Source: an uncultured virus (IMG/VR IMGVR_UViG_3300025674_000018) (Duplodnaviria > Heunggongvirae > Uroviricota > Caudoviricetes > Kyanoviridae). Taken from it: a stretch of 64,000 nucleotides of DNA. A model generated the notes under the pieces. It did not search any database. It was not told the DNA's origin and worked only from the letters and a program-made list of their open reading frames with translations. How positions within the stretch are numbered: the first letter of the stretch is position 1; every line of letters begins with the position of its first letter. Shown one piece after another: positions 59,716 to 64,000 of the stretch. The stretch is from the IMG/VR virus record IMGVR_UViG_3300025674_000018. One strand, given 5' to 3'. Made by a program: the position numbers and the translations under genes.

Positions 59716-59997
59716 ATGAATCCTATCAACTACAACACATCCTCCACCCCAGATGGGGTTGTCATCACCCCAGATATGAGTGATACTGATCAGTTGGCGT
59801 ATCTGTTAACACAGGTGGGTAAGGCAATTGAGAATCTATCCAAGCGAGTGGCGATATGTGAAGGTGCTCTACAGAAACTCCCTCCGCCTTCGGCGGATAT
59901 GATTCAGTATAAACCTCAAGGGGCGGACGAATATCTCAACATGAAACAGATCTTTGATGATCTGTATGAGCGACTAAATAAATTGGAAGCTCAATAA
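59716..59997 (+). CDS. Hypothetical protein
   Basis: QYKP...LDDLYERLNKLE-type coiled-coil end. Confidence 0.6.
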   Translation: MNPINYNTSSTPDGVVITPDMSDTDQLAYLLTQVGKAIENLSKRVAICEGALQKLPPPSADMIQYKPQGADEYLNMKQIFDDLYERLNKLEAQ

Positions 59998-60002
59998 ATT
60001 GA

Positions 60003-63000
60003 ATGCCCGCCTTTATTCTTGAAACAGGTCGCAGTTTCCCAAACCCGATCGATGGGGAAGATTATGAGAGACCTATGTTTGACTACGATGGGTCAGCATA
60101 CACTCTCTCCTTTCTCGATGAGGGTCCTGGGTCGATGCCGCTTGGCAAAGATAATGTGCATTACATTGGCGATGAAGAGCCTACCTGTGTAAGTAATTGC
60201 GATTTCGAGAGACAACCAATATATCGTTGGTATCGTGGAGCAAAATACGATCACAAATACACACACCGAGATCAGTTAAGACAAGAAGATGCTGTCGGTG
60301 ATAATGAATCGTGGCGTAAAGTTTTAAGAGGATATAACCCTGAGCCTAGACAGGGTGATATTCCTGTGTTTTTTATTATGAGGACACAAGTCCAAGGATC
60401 GGTGCCGCTGTATTCTCATTACAGAGGTAAAAGTAATGATGATTCGATTCTTACATTATCTGCTACACCCCCTGCAAGTGACAATAGTGCGCCGTATCGA
60501 TATGTCTCAAAGTTGGGATATGTGTTTACGACTCCTGGTGCTGCAGCAGACTACCTAGGGAGTGGTGAATCTATCCTACCACTGTATCACTATTTCAAAG
60601 ATAACGTCATTCATAGCGGCACACCCGAGTCTGACAACTTCTATACCACTACACCTGCTGGCGAAGTCAACCTGAGTGGCGGTCCTATCGCCCCCAAAGA
60701 CGCCATGAATGGCGAATATGAGTATCAGGGTATCCTCTGCTATGTTTTTGGTGGTGACGCACCTGATGCAGGCAGTAAGAGAATTATCGATATTGGTAAG
60801 ATTGGTCCTACAGGGCAGTGTATTGACAAGTCTGGGTGGTATGCATGGAATACTACTACCCACTCATACCTCAGATATCGCAGAAATAGTGACATTGGTG
60901 TCCCTGCTGTCGATGGATATGGATGGCCATTGAATGATAACGTTGAAGGTGGTGGATCTGGTGTTACCATTCTCAATGAAGAAGCACGTTTCGAGTGGTT
61001 GTATGGTCTGAATGGTGCCATCAAGGGCGCTGTGCCACGCTTCCTAGGGTTTCAATATGGGTATGACTCCCAATTCATGTATTACCTGTATGACACAACC
61101 TACCCCTGGAATGGTCCGATCTTTGGCATTCAGTATGAATTGAGTGATAGAGCATGTTGTCCAAACGCAACTTGCACCTCAGAAGGTGCTCAGGGGTCTG
61201 GCGCTTCAAGGTCATATCCTTGCTGCATACCCAATACCGACTTCTATTCGCACTTCTATCAGATCAGAGAGGATGCATGGAAGACTACAAAGTCCAAGAT
61301 TACCCTAGAAGGACCTGGGGGTAGTGGTCTAGAGGAGTCGTTTTCCACTGCTGGCACTGATGATAGGCGTATCTTTTTCCGCTATACCTCATCTTCGGGT
61401 AGTTTTAAGAAGGGTGAAATCTTCCAAGGGTGGTTGATCAACCGCGTTTTCTACTTTGGAGACAAAATGAAGTGCGGTTATATGGACCTATCGCGCTATG
61501 AAGGTGTAGATGGCAACAAATTTACCTACCAACAGGCGATTACTGCGGCAGATGGTGCTACTGCAGTGGTCTTGGCAGGGTATGGCATCGCAGATAAGGT
61601 CGCATTTTGGGGTGTTTACGAGTTTGAGAAGAATATTCAATACTATAAAGTCAAGATTGACCCTCAAGCATTGATACCAACCCGCACTTTGGACCTTGCT
61701 GAGGCAGAAGCAGTGGTCAATACCCAGGGTGAAGTGGTAGAAATCAACATCATCAACGGTGGAGTAGGGTATATCAACCCCCAAATCGTCATTTCCGACC
61801 CACAAATCCTCGAAGAATTCTCTGCACAAGACACTGCAGAGGGAGTTAGGCGTGGATTCAAGTCACAATACGAGGAAAACACCAATCAATTCCCACAATT
61901 GGAGACAAATCGCACTGGATCTTCCCAACAGAGACGAGTTCTTAACAAAGTAGCGCAAGGTTATAACAAAAGATCGCGTGAATTTGACACAGTTTTGCAA
62001 TATAAAGCAGCAGAAGCGAAAATCACGGACATTTCTCCCTCGGGAATCATCAGAAAGGTCACAATTATCAATCGTGGCAGTGGTTATGACCCCCAAAACC
62101 CGCCAGTTGTCTATATTGCCGAGCAAGGATTGCAAGTTGAGGCAGAATCTAAGCTCGATAACGAGAGTATTCGCAAACAACCCGATGCTTTGAGTGGGAT
62201 GTTGGACTCAGATACGCTTGGAAAGGACATGACACCCTTCCAAGACATCATTAAGCAGAGTTTTGGCGTTTTGACTGAGGGGAATAAGACAAATATTCCA
62301 ATCACATACATGGAATTGGCGGAAGTTGACCCAGATGGTCAATTTGCTTTCTGTCAAGCACTCCCTGCTGACTGTATTGACATCACAATGGGGATGCCAT
62401 TGACAAAAGCCTTCCCTCCAAGCGGAATGTTTGACGTTTTGAATGTAAATTCTGGCGTTGCTGAATATCAGAGCAAGTATCACTCGGAAATTCAGCAAGA
62501 TATTCAGACAGCAGAGAAAACTACCGATGCTTTCAACGGTTTGTATGGTGCTTTTGGCGGAAATCGCTGCATTTACGTCGATCAACCGATTATTTACAAT
62601 ATCAAGAAGTGGTTTCAGATGCCATGTGCCTATATGGCAGCGGATGAAGACGAAGAATCACGCACATATGGCAAAACAGTCGCTTTTGGTTACCTCCCAT
62701 ACAAATATTGTGCGCCAAAAGACGAGGAAGCGCAATTCCAAGTCAATTTGAGCATTGAAGGGACCACAACTGGATCTCAGGGTCAGCAATTTATGGAATT
62801 TTTGAATGGCTTACCGAAACCACGCTTGACTGAGCGTAGAAAAGTGTCTGGTGGCACAAAAACTTGGAATTGTAGTCGTGGATCTGTCTCAGGTCGTTGC
62901 TATCGTGATCCAAACAACAACAATGACCTAATTTTCGTCCCAACGGGATCTGATGAAAATACGTTTGACTATAATCGCAGTAATTTCACAGAATTAGAGC

Positions 63001-63632
63001 AATTCCAACTTTGGCTGGGAGATAACGTCGAAGGATACACTCCAAACTCCACTTATGGGTTCTGGACCACATATTCTTACAGTCCCACAGATCCACTTGC
63101 CGATGAAGAAGGTTTTGTGGAGGGGCAGGACAGCGCAGTCTACACTTCTATCCGTGTTAACGATAATGAGTGTCCTACAGACCCTCTAGGCATCCCTGAG
63201 GACTGCTGGGACCGCTATGTGAGGAAGGGATCTAATACAGATGGTCCTTTGGACGTATTTTGTGGTTATGACGCAAATGGTAATGGTCTTCCTGGTCTAA
63301 CTTACTACGAAATCACTCCACCAACTTCAGCGACTCCATATTCGCTCTTCTTCTCTCAGCAAGACAACAGTGGCACTGGATTGTGTAATGGATGTGTTGC
63401 ATTGGAGAGTGTTGCGGACGTTTCCATCGCTATTGACCCTAGTAGGATCACCCAAGGTAAATATAGAATGAAGATGGGTCCATATTCGGGCACATTCAAA
63501 GTTTTGAATTATTTGTCGGGTGGCACAACTGCACTTAGTAGGACAATCCGAAATTTGGGCAATCCATATTTCGATGAATGTCAAGATCAGTATCCATACG
63601 ACATTGGCAGATCATTGGAGGGAGTAACCTAA
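60003..63632 (+). CDS. Large virion structural protein
   Basis: PLYHY-type repeats, INGGVGY/NRGSGY motifs, late promoter upstream. Confidence 0.75.
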   Translation: MPAFILETGRSFPNPIDGEDYERPMFDYDGSAYTLSFLDEGPGSMPLGKDNVHYIGDEEPTCVSNCDFERQPIYRWYRGAKYDHKYTHRDQLRQEDAVGDNESWRKVLRGYNPEPRQGDIPVFFIMRTQVQGSVPLYSHYRGKSNDDSILTLSATPPASDNSAPYRYVSKLGYVFTTPGAAADYLGSGESILPLYHYFKDNVIHSGTPESDNFYTTTPAGEVNLSGGPIAPKDAMNGEYEYQGILCYVFGGDAPDAGSKRIIDIGKIGPTGQCIDKSGWYAWNTTTHSYLRYRRNSDIGVPAVDGYGWPLNDNVEGGGSGVTILNEEARFEWLYGLNGAIKGAVPRFLGFQYGYDSQFMYYLYDTTYPWNGPIFGIQYELSDRACCPNATCTSEGAQGSGASRSYPCCIPNTDFYSHFYQIREDAWKTTKSKITLEGPGGSGLEESFSTAGTDDRRIFFRYTSSSGSFKKGEIFQGWLINRVFYFGDKMKCGYMDLSRYEGVDGNKFTYQQAITAADGATAVVLAGYGIADKVAFWGVYEFEKNIQYYKVKIDPQALIPTRTLDLAEAEAVVNTQGEVVEINIINGGVGYINPQIVISDPQILEEFSAQDTAEGVRRGFKSQYEENTNQFPQLETNRTGSSQQRRVLNKVAQGYNKRSREFDTVLQYKAAEAKITDISPSGIIRKVTIINRGSGYDPQNPPVVYIAEQGLQVEAESKLDNESIRKQPDALSGMLDSDTLGKDMTPFQDIIKQSFGVLTEGNKTNIPITYMELAEVDPDGQFAFCQALPADCIDITMGMPLTKAFPPSGMFDVLNVNSGVAEYQSKYHSEIQQDIQTAEKTTDAFNGLYGAFGGNRCIYVDQPIIYNIKKWFQMPCAYMAADEDEESRTYGKTVAFGYLPYKYCAPKDEEAQFQVNLSIEGTTTGSQGQQFMEFLNGLPKPRLTERRKVSGGTKTWNCSRGSVSGRCYRDPNNNNDLIFVPTGSDENTFDYNRSNFTELEQFQLWLGDNVEGYTPNSTYGFWTTYSYSPTDPLADEEGFVEGQDSAVYTSIRVNDNECPTDPLGIPEDCWDRYVRKGSNTDGPLDVFCGYDANGNGLPGLTYYEITPPTSATPYSLFFSQQDNSGTGLCNGCVALESVADVSIAIDPSRITQGKYRMKMGPYSGTFKVLNYLSGGTTALSRTIRNLGNPYFDECQDQYPYDIGRSLEGVT

Positions 63633-64000
63633 TGCCATTCGGATTAGTAAAACCAGTTGCAGCATTAAATGGTCTTCCTTGCTCAGGACACGGATTGTGT
63701 TTGCCTCCTGTGGTCCATAGCACTCAACCATGTAAGTCACCACCAAAACCTAGGACTATTCGTATCAAAGAATATTCCTGTTGGTGGCCACCTTTGAATC
63801 TAATACCGATTTTCCCAATCACACCAGATAGGGCAACTGTTTTGGTGCATGGATTCCCAATTATGCTGGCAGGAGATAAGTTTATTCCACACCCGAGCAC
63901 CTGCACTAACATTATCGTCTATATGTGCCCCTGTGGCAACGCTGTGTGCCCCGTGCCGACCCCTATTCCATGCTCTGTGCTAACTCTAGAGGATAAGGGC
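63632..64000 (+). CDS. PAAR-like spike-tip protein (runs off the window)
   Basis: MPFGLVKPVAALNGLPCSGHG...TVLVHGFPIMLAGDKFIPH; TAATG overlap; not in track. Confidence 0.7.
   Translation, partial: MPFGLVKPVAALNGLPCSGHGLCLPPVVHSTQPCKSPPKPRTIRIKEYSCWWPPLNLIPIFPITPDRATVLVHGFPIMLAGDKFIPHPSTCTNIIVYMCPCGNAVCPVPTPIPCSVLTLEDKG

Overview
A 64-kb segment of a T4-like marine cyanomyophage, probably infecting Synechococcus. In order it contains: (1) a structural gene, a flavin-dependent halogenase-like gene and a small outer-membrane beta-barrel gene; (2) the T4-like replication/metabolism block nrdC, thyX, phoH, exonuclease, gp33, gp32; (3) the baseplate/tail block gp53, gp48, gp4, gp2, gp54-like, gp26/gp51, two paralogous tape-measure-like proteins with enzyme domains, a gp27-like hub and gp5, with the host-like genes cp12 and cpeT inserted; (4) three tRNAs (Thr, Ser, Asn); (5) tail-fibre genes ending in three glycine-rich paralogs, directly followed by two halogenases and five 2OG-Fe(II)/JmjC oxygenases; (6) a hyperplastic early region of small ORFs separated by repeated palindrome-hairpin-promoter cassettes, which also holds a helicase and a nuclease-methyltransferase pair; (7) a DnaA-box cluster, a large structural gene and a truncated PAAR gene. 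The main leads are a likely -1 programmed frameshift joining gp26 to gp51 just before the tape-measure-like genes, a possible enzyme system for chemically modifying tail adhesins, strong window-wide avoidance of GAAC/GTTC/GTAC, a DnaA-box origin-like locus, and a candidate phage restriction-modification pair. All calls come from reading motifs by eye; no database searches were run.
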